NCBI GenBank assembly: GCA_937859535.1
Contig: CALLYL010000458.1
Location: 1 to 49,507 of the forward strand
Direction of reading: 5' to 3'
Source of the DNA: an uncultured Myxococcales bacterium
GTDB lineage: Bacteria; Myxococcota_A; Polyangia; Palsa-1104; JAEUJZ01
Length of the DNA stretch: 49,507 nt
Of this stretch, positions 27,447-36,291 are shown piece after piece. Under the pieces are notes generated by a model. The model was not told the DNA's origin and ran no database searches. It saw only the letters and a program-made list of their open reading frames with translations. The position numbers were made by a program, and so were the translations under genes. The stretch's first letter is position 1. The number at the start of each line of letters is the position of its first letter.

Positions 27447-29651
27447 ATGTTGGCGCTCACGGGCAAACGAAGGATGGTGCACAGAGCGTCGGTTGGGTCG
27501 GGACTCCTGCTCGGGACCGCTCTTGTGGCCATCGGCACCGGCTGTGGGCCCGACCGGGCCGAAGAGGATGATACGGAACAGACCCGCGATGCAGGTGTGA
27601 AGCCTCCTCTGCGCGAGATCGAAAACGCCGATGGCTGCCGAGGTCTTCCGTGCAAAGAAGAGGTCGGCTGTGCAGGCAATGCCCTGTGTCTGCATGGCGT
27701 CTGTCTCCCAAACCTCGGTAACTGCCAGAGCGGCGACGATTGCTCAAACGATCAGCGCTGCTACGACGGCGGCTGCGTGCCGTTTGATTCCTGCTCACGC
27801 ATCGCCCCGATCGATCCCCGCTGCTTAGGGGGTTCCTTTTCTCCCGAGCAGTTCCGCGCCCCGATCGTGTCCTGTCACCTCCGCGACCTGCAAGTGATGT
27901 CGACGCCGATCGTTGCCGACCTTGATCAAGACGGCCAGCCCGAGGTCATCGCCACCGCTTTCCCCGACATCCTCGTCGCGCTGCGGCCCAGCGACTGTTC
28001 GGTGCGATTTCAGCGCAAAGGACTCTCTCTTTTGTCCGATGGCCAAGCGCAAGTGGCGGCGGCAGACCTCGATGGCGATGGCTTCGCAGAGATCGTCACC
28101 CTCGATGCCGAGCGACGGATTCTGGTCTTCGATCATCGAGGCCAGCTACTCGCCCGGGCGGATGTTCCGGTTCGCGAGCGCAATCCCGCAGGCCCCGATC
28201 TGTGGAGCGCCCCAACCATCGCGGACATCGATGGGACACCTCCCGCAGAGATCATTGTCGGAAGCCAAGTGGCGCGATTCTGGAGTGGACCCCCAGCGCG
28301 GGTGCAAGTCCTGTGGACGCAGCCCAATCTGTCGGCCTCCTGGGGATCGGTTCCGGTGGTGGCCGATCTCGATGGCGATGGTGTGGCCGAGGTCATCAGC
28401 AGCGACCGCATCTACGATGGCAAGACCGGCGCCGACAAGACCCCCAGCGCCCTTTCGGACGACCCCTTTTACGCGCAAGTGGCCGACTTTACCGGCGACA
28501 AAAAGCCGGATCTGTTGCTGGTGGAATCGACGCAGGCATCCCAGACCCTCCGCGTCTACGACTACGCACAGAAGCGCACCGTGTTTGGTCCCTATACCCT
28601 CATCGACAGCGATGGCATCTGGGGCGGTCCGGCGGTGATCACCGATCTGGATCGCGATGGCATTCCCGACTTTGCGGTGGCATCGGCCAAGCGATTGACC
28701 GCCTATGCCCTGCGCTGTGCCAAGACTCCCAAGCCGCTCGGCTGCTCCGGCATAAAACCCGGTGTCCTGTGGTCACGTCCAGTCGATGATTACTCGTCGG
28801 GAAGCGCGGGCATTGCGGCCCTGGATCTGAACAGTGATGGCGTGCCCGAGCTGGTGCATCGCGATGAGTGCTGGCTGCGGATCTTTTCGGGCCTCGATGG
28901 TCGCGCCTTGGCTGCTCGCTCGGTGATGAGCAGCACCGGCATCGAGCTTCCCGTCCTGGCCGATGCCGACGGCGATGGCCGCGCCGATCTCGTGGTCACG
29001 AGCGATGTCCCAAACGACAACCTCGGGGCCTGCATGCGAGTCGGACAGCCCGAAGCCGACACCCGCACGCCCTGGGGAGGAGTCGGCGGCGGCATCTTGG
29101 TCTTGCGAGATCCCCAAAACCGCTGGACCAAGACCCGCCCGGTGTGGAACCAGCACGCCTACCATCAGAGCCACATCAGCGACGCGCTGACCGTCCCGAT
29201 TCCGACCCCGGACTCTTGGCTATCCCACAACTCCTTTCGCCAAAACACCGCCGAGGTCTCACCGCCCGGCCAGATTCCCGCCAAGTACGATCTGACCGCC
29301 CGCTTTCAGCTCAACAGTCCGAGCCGTGACTGCCGCAGCGAGTGGCACCTGTCCGCACTCCTATGCAACCGAGGTGGAGCCCGCACGCCCGTCCCGGTAT
29401 TTGGCACCTTCTACGATGGCGATCCCCGCAGCGGAGCCCAAGTGGCCTGCACCGCGAAGCTCACCACCCCGCTCGAGTCCGGGGAGTGTACCGACCTCGC
29501 CTGCGAATGGCCGAGCGCCCGCCCCGGACCCCGGACTCTGTTTCTGCGAGTAGGCGATGACGGCCAGGGAACTCTCGACACCGCGCAGTGCAGCACCGGC
29601 AACGACCTGGCGATCTGGCATCAGGCAAGTTGCACCGAGCCGCCCCGCTAA
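27447..29651 (+). CDS. secreted FG-GAP/VCBS repeat protein with Cys-rich N-terminal module
   Basis: Repeated DLDGDG/DLDQDG/DADGDG calcium-binding FG-GAP motifs and an N-terminal Cys-rich stretch (CRGLPCKEEVGCAGNALCLHGVCLP). The start is uncertain (27447 or 27474). Confidence 0.75.
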   Translation: MLALTGKRRMVHRASVGSGLLLGTALVAIGTGCGPDRAEEDDTEQTRDAGVKPPLREIENADGCRGLPCKEEVGCAGNALCLHGVCLPNLGNCQSGDDCSNDQRCYDGGCVPFDSCSRIAPIDPRCLGGSFSPEQFRAPIVSCHLRDLQVMSTPIVADLDQDGQPEVIATAFPDILVALRPSDCSVRFQRKGLSLLSDGQAQVAAADLDGDGFAEIVTLDAERRILVFDHRGQLLARADVPVRERNPAGPDLWSAPTIADIDGTPPAEIIVGSQVARFWSGPPARVQVLWTQPNLSASWGSVPVVADLDGDGVAEVISSDRIYDGKTGADKTPSALSDDPFYAQVADFTGDKKPDLLLVESTQASQTLRVYDYAQKRTVFGPYTLIDSDGIWGGPAVITDLDRDGIPDFAVASAKRLTAYALRCAKTPKPLGCSGIKPGVLWSRPVDDYSSGSAGIAALDLNSDGVPELVHRDECWLRIFSGLDGRALAARSVMSSTGIELPVLADADGDGRADLVVTSDVPNDNLGACMRVGQPEADTRTPWGGVGGGILVLRDPQNRWTKTRPVWNQHAYHQSHISDALTVPIPTPDSWLSHNSFRQNTAEVSPPGQIPAKYDLTARFQLNSPSRDCRSEWHLSALLCNRGGARTPVPVFGTFYDGDPRSGAQVACTAKLTTPLESGECTDLACEWPSARPGPRTLFLRVGDDGQGTLDTAQCSTGNDLAIWHQASCTEPPR

Positions 29652-29735
29652 GCACTGTGTAGTCTCAGTCCCCGCACACCACACCGCTACATGACCGCTA
29701 CAAGCCCATCCCGCAACCGCACACGCCTGCTTCGC

Positions 29736-31208
29736 TCAGCGCTTTCGGAGTAAGGCGAGGGTGATGTCGCAGCGATCGCTGGCCCCATAGGGCACTCGTT
29801 CCAGCGTCTGCCAACCACAGCGGCTTAAGCACTCGATCAGTGGCTCGCATTCGTACCGTCGATTCCGAAAGACCGCAAAGCGTCGCTTCTGGGGCGAGCC
29901 TTGGGTAGAGACATGCGCCACGTACGCCAGCTCATAACAACCTCGGATCAACCCATCGGTGTTGATCTCCAACGACAGCTCCACATCGGTGACGCCCTTC
30001 ACATATCGATAGAGCGGACCGGCTAGTAAGGTCCGTGAACCCGCATGTATGCCCGCTCGGAGATTTGGATCTTGTTCCCGAATCAACTCGGGGCTATCCG
30101 CCGGAGCGTAGGCATTGGTGAAGTCCAACACGAAGAAGTCGCCAGCGGCGGCAGATGCCATCGTGTCCCGGAAGAACCGCACTTCATTGTCCAGGTTCGC
30201 AAGCGTACAGCCGAGCATGGTGAATACCCGCGTGCGGGTACGGACATCTCGCTCCGAATACAGCGGGTACTTTGGCAGATCGTGAAAGTTACCGTGCAGC
30301 GCCACGATGCTCGTCACCGACTTGCCGAGGATATCGCGGGCGTTGTTATGACCCACGGTCAGCAGCAGATGGCTGATGTCGAGCAGAAACAGCCGCACGT
30401 CCGTGATTCCATGTCGCCGCCCGTGCTGAATCAGCGACTCCACCAGCTTGGACTCTCGCTTGGCGTCGCCGCAGCCGAGTGCAATCACATCCAAACCCCC
30501 TGCCCCTGCGGACGATGCAATCCGCTGCGCCAGGTGCTCTAAGGGAATGGTGTTGCTAAATGCCTTGGCGTAGCTCGGCGATTCACAGATATCGAGAAAG
30601 TCCTTCGCGCTCTGATAGTCCAAGTATGCGGTGGTCTGCTCCAAGGCCCCGCCCGAGCTATTGAGCTGCTCTACCATCGATGTGATGAGCTGCGCCGGAT
30701 CATAGTGCGGGGCCAGCCATGACGTCGGAATGATGCTGTCCCCGGTCGGATCGGCGGTGATGTCTTCCAGCCGTAACCCGAGCGGCGGCGAAGCGAGCAG
30801 GCGCAGTAGCACTTCCCGACTCGGCCTCCGCTGTCCGCTTTCGATCGCTCGAACCATCGCCTCGCTGATGTCGATCAGCTCCGCCAGTTCCTTCTGTCCC
30901 AGGTTCGCCTGCATCCGCTTGCGCTTGAGCTGCTTGGCCAGGCGCGCCCAGTCGACCTTCACGCTGCCATCGACCCACGGCTCCTCTTCATCATCGCCAC
31001 CGCGCAGACAGAGCTGCGCTTTTTGCAGATGCATCACGCTTTCTCGCAGCGCATGGTGCTTCGGATTCAGCGCCAGCAGCCGCTGTCCGTGGTTCAAGAC
31101 CTCTGCCACCTGTCGCCGCAGCTCGCGCAGCGCCGCCGTCACTTCACTGCTCGGGGCATCCGTCCCGCCCGTCGCCACCCGCGCCACACTCTCCGCACTT
31201 GCATCCAT
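29736..31208 (-). CDS. XRE-family HTH domain fused to an EgtD-like (Methyltransf_33-like) SAM-methyltransferase domain
   Basis: HTH: LGQKELAELIDISEAMVRAIESGQRRPS. The C-terminal half shows, in order, VIALGCGDAKRESKL, LFLLDISHLLL, ALHGNFHDL, FTMLGCTLANLD and GDFFVLDF. These parallel EgtD motifs ELGSGxxxK, Y.P.DIS, GDF, FLGSTIGN and GDxLLxGxD. Confidence 0.6.
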   Translation of the reverse strand: MDASAESVARVATGGTDAPSSEVTAALRELRRQVAEVLNHGQRLLALNPKHHALRESVMHLQKAQLCLRGGDDEEEPWVDGSVKVDWARLAKQLKRKRMQANLGQKELAELIDISEAMVRAIESGQRRPSREVLLRLLASPPLGLRLEDITADPTGDSIIPTSWLAPHYDPAQLITSMVEQLNSSGGALEQTTAYLDYQSAKDFLDICESPSYAKAFSNTIPLEHLAQRIASSAGAGGLDVIALGCGDAKRESKLVESLIQHGRRHGITDVRLFLLDISHLLLTVGHNNARDILGKSVTSIVALHGNFHDLPKYPLYSERDVRTRTRVFTMLGCTLANLDNEVRFFRDTMASAAAGDFFVLDFTNAYAPADSPELIREQDPNLRAGIHAGSRTLLAGPLYRYVKGVTDVELSLEINTDGLIRGCYELAYVAHVSTQGSPQKRRFAVFRNRRYECEPLIECLSRCGWQTLERVPYGASDRCDITLALLRKR

Positions 31209-31358
31209 CGGCTGGACTTACCACGCGCCTTCCGGGTGCCGCAAGGAACGCCCGTGTCGTAGCGGTCCCATGGAGGCCGCTGTAGCGGTCATTTCGCTGC
31301 CCGTACCCAGCGGCCGATCCGATTGTGGCCTGGCTTTTTCACCCAAGGAGCCGTACCC

Positions 31359-31745
31359 ATGGAAACCGCCGAAGCAAAGAGTCTGTCCCCCTCTGGTTCG
31401 CCCGTCTCGCCCGCCACCTCCGGCCCGTCCGACCCCACCACCGATCACGCCGAGCCCGCCGAGCCCGCCGCGCAGAGTCCGCCCAAGCCCAAAGCCCACC
31501 GAGGCTTTGCGGCCATGAATCGCGAAGCCCATCGCCTGCTCGCCAGCGCCGGTGGCAAGAGCGCCCACGCCTACGGACTCGCGCACCGCTTCACCCCCGA
31601 ACAGGCCCGCGAGGCTGGAAAAAAAGGAGGTGCCAAGACCGCCGAAGATCGCGCCCACATGGCCGAAATCGGTCGCAAGGGCGGCATCGCCAAAGGAGAA
31701 AGTTATTTATTTTCCACCGTCGGAAAAACCGCAAAGAAATCCTAG
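31359..31745 (+). CDS. KGG-repeat general stress protein
   Basis: GFAAMNREAHRLLASAGGKS, EQAREAGKKGG and IGRKGGIA are KGG stress-induced repeat motifs. AAGGAG lies 8 nt upstream of ATG 31359. Confidence 0.7.
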   Translation: METAEAKSLSPSGSPVSPATSGPSDPTTDHAEPAEPAAQSPPKPKAHRGFAAMNREAHRLLASAGGKSAHAYGLAHRFTPEQAREAGKKGGAKTAEDRAHMAEIGRKGGIAKGESYLFSTVGKTAKKS

Positions 31746-31831
31746 GCTTCGGTTGCAGCACAGAGCGCCTCCGCTAGTTTTTTCGGGGCCCGCTTCCTTC
31801 CACTTCACAAGGGCAATGAAAGGAACCTGTT

Positions 31832-32536
31832 ATGGGAGTTCTCATCAATAAAAAGGCCGCGATCGATGACATCGTCAGTGACTGTCGCAGCACCCTGACT
31901 GCCGCCGAGGCACGCGGCGGAACCATTGCGACCCTGGCCCAGCAGTATCTGAAGGGTCCGCTGGGAGTCTTCGATCTGGTCGATCAGCGCGTACGCAGCG
32001 CCCAGTCTGTGCTGACCCCACTGCTTGCCCAGCTTGATGTCAAAGACGAGGAATCGGACGGCCTGCTCGGGCGAGTCTCGGATGACATCTGGAACGACAT
32101 CGGTCGTCCCGCTTCCGACCCGACGTTTTCGCTGCTGTTTCCCGATGGGATTGGCTTTTATACCGATGGCCCCGATGACGAGCAGCCGATCAAAATGGAG
32201 CTACTCGCCGAGCTACTCGAAGCCAACCTGCACCCCAAGCTCGATGGCAAGAAAGCCAAATCGCTCGGCAAGCAGATTCGCGACTCCGCCAAGGCCCTGC
32301 GTACGGCGGTCGAGCAGGTCCAGACTCCGCGTGCGCAAGTGGCGATGCTCAGCCGAGCGCGCTCCGCAATTGCCCGCAGCCTGCAAATCTCGCTGGTGAA
32401 CCTCAAGCGCCACTACAAGGCGACCGGCATCAGCGATGCCCAGATCCACAGCATCATGCCCGACCGCAGCCGCCCGGCGGCCAAACCCGCAGCCGCCCCG
32501 CAGCCGCCCGCCCCGCCCGCGCCTCCGCACACCTAA
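31832..32536 (+). CDS. hypothetical protein with Pro/Ala-rich C-terminus
   Basis: 234-aa ORF with AAAGGAA upstream. No family recognised. The TAA stop at 32534-36 lies 16 nt before the repeat array. Confidence 0.5.
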   Translation: MGVLINKKAAIDDIVSDCRSTLTAAEARGGTIATLAQQYLKGPLGVFDLVDQRVRSAQSVLTPLLAQLDVKDEESDGLLGRVSDDIWNDIGRPASDPTFSLLFPDGIGFYTDGPDDEQPIKMELLAELLEANLHPKLDGKKAKSLGKQIRDSAKALRTAVEQVQTPRAQVAMLSRARSAIARSLQISLVNLKRHYKATGISDAQIHSIMPDRSRPAAKPAAAPQPPAPPAPPHT

Positions 32537-32551
32537 CCCCCCCGCTTTCCG

Positions 32552-32822
32552 GCTTCCATTTGGAATGGAAGCCCATTCCCTGTCCGCTTTCCCGCTTCCA
32601 TCCACGATGGAACCCGTTTTCCAAGCAGAAAGGTCGTTCCATTCGCAATGGAAGCCGAGATCCTGTCCAGGATCGGGCTTCCATTCCCAATGGATCTCGA
32701 TTTCCGGTCTGGTTCCAGCCTTCCATCTGAAATGGAACCCGAATTCCGAGCGAAGCGCCCACTTCCATTCCCAATGGAACCCAGTTTCCGCCCTCCCCCT
32801 CCGATCCATTCACAATGGAAGC
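32552..32822. repeat. array of seven phased 42-bp (41-42 bp) units, each with a TTCCAT(T)-N3-(A)ATGGAA palindrome
   Basis: Palindromes lie at 32552-72, 32594-614, 32635-55, 32677-96, 32719-39, 32761-81 and 32803-22. The arms are conserved, while the central 3 nt and the roughly 21-nt inter-palindrome segments vary. Confidence 0.85.
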
Positions 32823-32837
32823 GGCTTTTTGCGCGGA

Positions 32838-32869
32838 CGCAGCCAGTTTGCGCGCTGGATTCGCGGTTT
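32838..32869. repeat. left copy of a perfect 32-bp direct repeat (CGCAGCCAGTTTGCGCGCTGGATTCGCGGTTT)
   Basis: Identical to 35064-35095. It ends 1 nt before the stop codon of the DUF4276-like gene. Confidence 0.9.
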
Positions 32870-33502
32870 CTAACCGATCTTTGGAAATCCATCCATGGAT
32901 GAAAGTGTGCTCAACGCGGCTTTCAGATCGGCCCAGAACGCCCTAAATGCCTCCAGCTCATGAAGTGCACTGAAGTCACGAATGCACTCGGCCACACGAT
33001 GCACCATGAATGCTTGTTCCTGCTTGAAACGTTTGCGGCGGCGTTGACCCAGTGTTCCGGCCGCATCCATGAGCAGCCGCTCCAGGTCCTTCTTCGGGTC
33101 GGGCAATCTCTCGATATCTCTGGTTCGTGGCAGTTCGATGGCAGTCCGACCATTGGGGTTGCCACTTGCAATCCGCAGGGCTTCCGCGTCGATCAAAAGC
33201 CACGCTTCTGTCATCCGTACCGGGATAACCGGCACAACATAGTCAACTCTTGGGACTTCCGTGCGTCTCGCTGCTAGTGGTAGCCGTTCGGCATCTCGAT
33301 GCACGAAGATCAACGCCGGTTTGTACTTGTTTCGTACATCTTCTACCGTGGCATCTACAGCGCAGCTCCCGCGATGCACAAACGGTTGGGGAGCAAAGTC
33401 TATCTGTGGAGCCAACCGTCGCAGTGACCACGATAAGATGGGCAACAGCGCACGGTCAGACGTACCGTCACCAATCAGGGCATAGTCGATAACTTGCATC
33501 AC
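32870..33502 (-). CDS. DUF4276-like protein (possible Toprim-like partner of the upstream ATPase)
   Basis: About 210 aa. YALIGDGTSDRALL, LIFVHRDAER and VIPVRMTEAWLLIDAEAL resemble my recollection of the DUF4276 consensus (..vEG.sE.., ..D.D.., ..EAWlLaD). The start overlaps the ATPase stop (GTGATG). Confidence 0.6.
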   Translation of the reverse strand: MMQVIDYALIGDGTSDRALLPILSWSLRRLAPQIDFAPQPFVHRGSCAVDATVEDVRNKYKPALIFVHRDAERLPLAARRTEVPRVDYVVPVIPVRMTEAWLLIDAEALRIASGNPNGRTAIELPRTRDIERLPDPKKDLERLLMDAAGTLGQRRRKRFKQEQAFMVHRVAECIRDFSALHELEAFRAFWADLKAALSTLSSMDGFPKIG

Positions 33503-34878
33503 TCGGCAGTTCCGATTTGGAGCGCAAGTTGTTGCCCTTTTAGGCCTTCTCCGAGCGGGGCTCCACCGAGGAAATCATAGAGGCGCTTTGGAGAGATAGC
33601 ACCATGGTCTCCACGCCACGTCCCGCTCACCGGACGAACACGAGCATGGCGTCCATCTGGTCCATCAACCGGCTCGACAAAGAGAATTTGATCCTCATCG
33701 AGCTGACGAGCGACATCGGGAGAGTGGGTATTTAGTATCACCTGGCGCAGCGGGTTATCGATGGCCACAGGCATTGATGGATCGACCGCGAAGTCACGCA
33801 GGAGCATAACCATGTCTCGTACGCGGCTTGGATGCATGCCATTTTCTGGCTCTTCCATGCACAGGACCGTACTTGACACCGGATCAAGTTGCATGGTGAC
33901 TAGCGCGAGAAACCGAAGTGTACCGTCGGATAGCGACCTTGCGCTAAGCTCTTGTGCACAACCGCCCATGCGGGCAAGCAGGACGAGCTGCTGACGTGCT
34001 TCATCTCGATCGACACGTAGAGACTTAATGTCAGGTACCAATGCAGAGAGTCGATTGGCTGCATCCTGCAGAGTCTGCCCCGGGGTTTGGTCTTCAGCCG
34101 CCAAACGCAGTAGCGTTGCGGCAATGTGCCCGCCTAGCTCATCTACACTCGAGGCCCCTCCGATCGGATCAGGAGCACGCATTGCAGAAGGTTCCAAATG
34201 AACTGCATGCCACGAAGCCATCTCGCGTCTGGCAGCAAGAACCGTTGGATACTCGGCAGCATTTGTTCCACCAACAACGGTTCTTGGTGATCGTCCGGCA
34301 GGAATGGCTCGGCCTCTGCTCCCGCCATCTTGATGAAGAGATACTACGATGGAGCCGTCAGGACGGGTCTCGGGGGAAACAAGAGGCCCAGCACGACGAG
34401 CTTTCCCCAGGACCGCTTTGCGAAACTCTGCTTCGTGTGCGAATCCAATGACTGATTTGCCATCGCTGAGCTTCAGGTTGGTGAGCTTCTCGTGTGTGAG
34501 TTCCAGGCGAGGAACGGGTACTTCGGAATAACGGAAGGCGACTTCATATCGAAGAAATCTAGCGGTCGGGTTCGCTGGTCGGCCAAAATCGTCCACGACG
34601 CTGCTCGGAACAATCATATCGGCGACAAACGACATCTCCCCCGCTGGGCCGGCTCCCCAAAAAAGATCGCGAGGACCGAAGGTTCCAAATGAGGGACTAC
34701 GCACCGCCGCAGCGGCTCTGGGTATCTCATTATCTGCCAGCAGACGGAGAAACTGTATTGCGTCGAAAACATTCGACTTCCCCACTCCGTTATGGCCCAC
34801 AAAGCACGTTAGAGGACCGAATTGCACATCGACGTCGAGCAGATTCTTGAAGCCCTTGATATGAAGCCGTAGCAGCAT
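33499..34878 (-). CDS. ABC/SMC-like AAA ATPase (AAA_15/AAA_21-like, OLD/PARIS-AriA-type N-terminus)
   Basis: MLLRLHIKGFKNLLDVDVQFGPLTCFVGHNGVGKSNVFDAIQFL is the RecF/OLD-type N-terminus, with Walker A at 34774-34797. Walker B/D-loop region LCMEEPENGMHP and H-loop VILNTHSPDV are present. Confidence 0.8.
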   Translation of the reverse strand: MLLRLHIKGFKNLLDVDVQFGPLTCFVGHNGVGKSNVFDAIQFLRLLADNEIPRAAAAVRSPSFGTFGPRDLFWGAGPAGEMSFVADMIVPSSVVDDFGRPANPTARFLRYEVAFRYSEVPVPRLELTHEKLTNLKLSDGKSVIGFAHEAEFRKAVLGKARRAGPLVSPETRPDGSIVVSLHQDGGSRGRAIPAGRSPRTVVGGTNAAEYPTVLAARREMASWHAVHLEPSAMRAPDPIGGASSVDELGGHIAATLLRLAAEDQTPGQTLQDAANRLSALVPDIKSLRVDRDEARQQLVLLARMGGCAQELSARSLSDGTLRFLALVTMQLDPVSSTVLCMEEPENGMHPSRVRDMVMLLRDFAVDPSMPVAIDNPLRQVILNTHSPDVARQLDEDQILFVEPVDGPDGRHARVRPVSGTWRGDHGAISPKRLYDFLGGAPLGEGLKGQQLALQIGTAE

Positions 34879-35063
34879 AGATTCTGACCTTACCTCGGGT
34901 TGAGGTCTTAGTAGCGGGTACCTGTATCACGAACCGAAAACAAGCTCTATCAAGTCGACGACCAACTGAGCGGCTCTGGAAGTTACTACCAGTCCGCTCA
35001 TCTGAACCTCTTTGCTGCGTCGGTTTGCCCATCCCCCGTGCAGAATCGAGCCCTGTGCGCTCC

Positions 35064-35095
35064 CGCAGCCAGTTTGCGCGCTGGATTCGCGGTTT
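35064..35095. repeat. right copy of the perfect 32-bp direct repeat
   Basis: Identical to 32838-32869. It lies 27 nt upstream of the phnW start codon. Confidence 0.9.
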
Positions 35096-35121
35096 GGGGG
35101 TGGCTATTCTCCGCTTCCAAC

Positions 35122-36291
35122 ATGGCTTCCCAACCTGATTGTGATTCTTTGGGGCGAAGTCCTCGGTTGTTTACGCCGGGGCCGCTGTCGACGACGGCTT
35201 CGGTCAAGGCGGCGATGCAGATTGACCTGGGCTCTCGCGATCCGGCGTTCCTGTCTGCGGTGGCCGAGATCTGTAGCGAGCTGCTCGCCTTGGCCCAGGT
35301 GCACGAGCCCCACTATGCCGCCATCCCGATGCAGGGGAGCGGGACGTTTGCGGTCGAAGCGACGCTGGGCTCGGTCGTGGGACAGGTCGGTTCGCTGCTG
35401 ATCTTGTCGAACGGGGCCTATGGCGACCGGCTGGCCGAGCTGGCCCGCACCCTCCAGATCCGACACATCGTGCGCCGCTTTGCCGAGACCCAGCCGCTCG
35501 ATGCCGCCGTCCTCGCCGAGGTGAAGCAAAAGGAGCCGCAGCTTACCCACCTGGCCCTGGTCCACTGCGAGACGTCGACCGGCCAGGTGAACCCCCTGCC
35601 CGCGCTGTGTGCCGCCGCCCAGCAGGCCGGGCTGTCGGTGATCGTCGATGCGATGAGCAGCTTTGGCGCGATCCCGATTCCGCTCGGCGAGCTGGGAATC
35701 GACTTCCTGGTCACGTCCCCGAACAAGTGTCTGCAAGGTGTGCCGGGCTGCGGACTGGTCCTCGCCAGACGAGCCGCCCTGCCGAGCGGACGCGCCCACA
35801 GCCTGAGTCTGGACCTCTCCGCGCAGCTTGCCGGGCTGGACAAGACCGGGCAGTTTCGCTTCACGCCGCCGACCCATGTGCTGCTGGCGCTGCGGCAGGC
35901 CCTGCGCGAGCTTTCCGCAGAGGGTGGAGTGGCCGGACGGCGCGCCCGCTATCAAGGCAACTCCGACCGGCTACACCAGGGAATGGCGGCGCTCGGATTC
36001 CGCACCTTGTTACCGCCGAGCCAGCAGAGCCCCATCATCAGCGCCTTCTACTATCCCGATGACCCGCGCTTTGACTTCCCCGCGTTCTATCAGGCGCTGA
36101 GCGCACGCCGCCTGGTCATCTATCCCGGCAAGGTCAGCAGCGCCGCCTGCTTCCGAATTGGCACGATCGGCGACCTTCACCCGCCCGACTTCACCGCGCT
36201 GCTCACCGCCATCGCCGAAGTGCTGGCCGCCCAAGGGATCGCCGTGCCGCTCGCTCTCCCCACCGCAGCCACCCCCGAGAACCGCCCATGA
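35122..36291 (+). CDS. phnW: 2-aminoethylphosphonate--pyruvate transaminase
   Basis: LFTPGPLSTTASVKAAM...MQGSGTFAVEA...SNGAYG...VHCETSTG...VDAMSSFGAIP...SPNKCLQGVPG...FRFTPPTH...YPGKVSSAACFRIG is collinear with enterobacterial PhnW as I recall it. Confidence 0.88.
   Translation: MASQPDCDSLGRSPRLFTPGPLSTTASVKAAMQIDLGSRDPAFLSAVAEICSELLALAQVHEPHYAAIPMQGSGTFAVEATLGSVVGQVGSLLILSNGAYGDRLAELARTLQIRHIVRRFAETQPLDAAVLAEVKQKEPQLTHLALVHCETSTGQVNPLPALCAAAQQAGLSVIVDAMSSFGAIPIPLGELGIDFLVTSPNKCLQGVPGCGLVLARRAALPSGRAHSLSLDLSAQLAGLDKTGQFRFTPPTHVLLALRQALRELSAEGGVAGRRARYQGNSDRLHQGMAALGFRTLLPPSQQSPIISAFYYPDDPRFDFPAFYQALSARRLVIYPGKVSSAACFRIGTIGDLHPPDFTALLTAIAEVLAAQGIAVPLALPTAATPENRP

Noticed and set aside
32552-32822. 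CRISPR array
   Set aside because: The repeats (~21 bp) and spacers (~21 bp) are both shorter than in known CRISPRs. The repeat copies differ from each other, only the palindrome arms are conserved, and I recognised no cas genes or leader anywhere in the window.
32213-32902. ORF-track entries across the array (e.g. 32213-32809 minus, 32436-32873 plus, 32648-32902 plus) that encode 14-aa FH(S/W)(Q/E)W(K/N)-type peptide repeats
   Set aside because: All six frames are open here because the palindrome and the GC-rich spacers lack stop codons. Conservation follows DNA palindrome symmetry (arms conserved, centre free) rather than any one reading frame, and I see no RBS or start context. The 42-bp period is a multiple of 3, so coding cannot be excluded absolutely.
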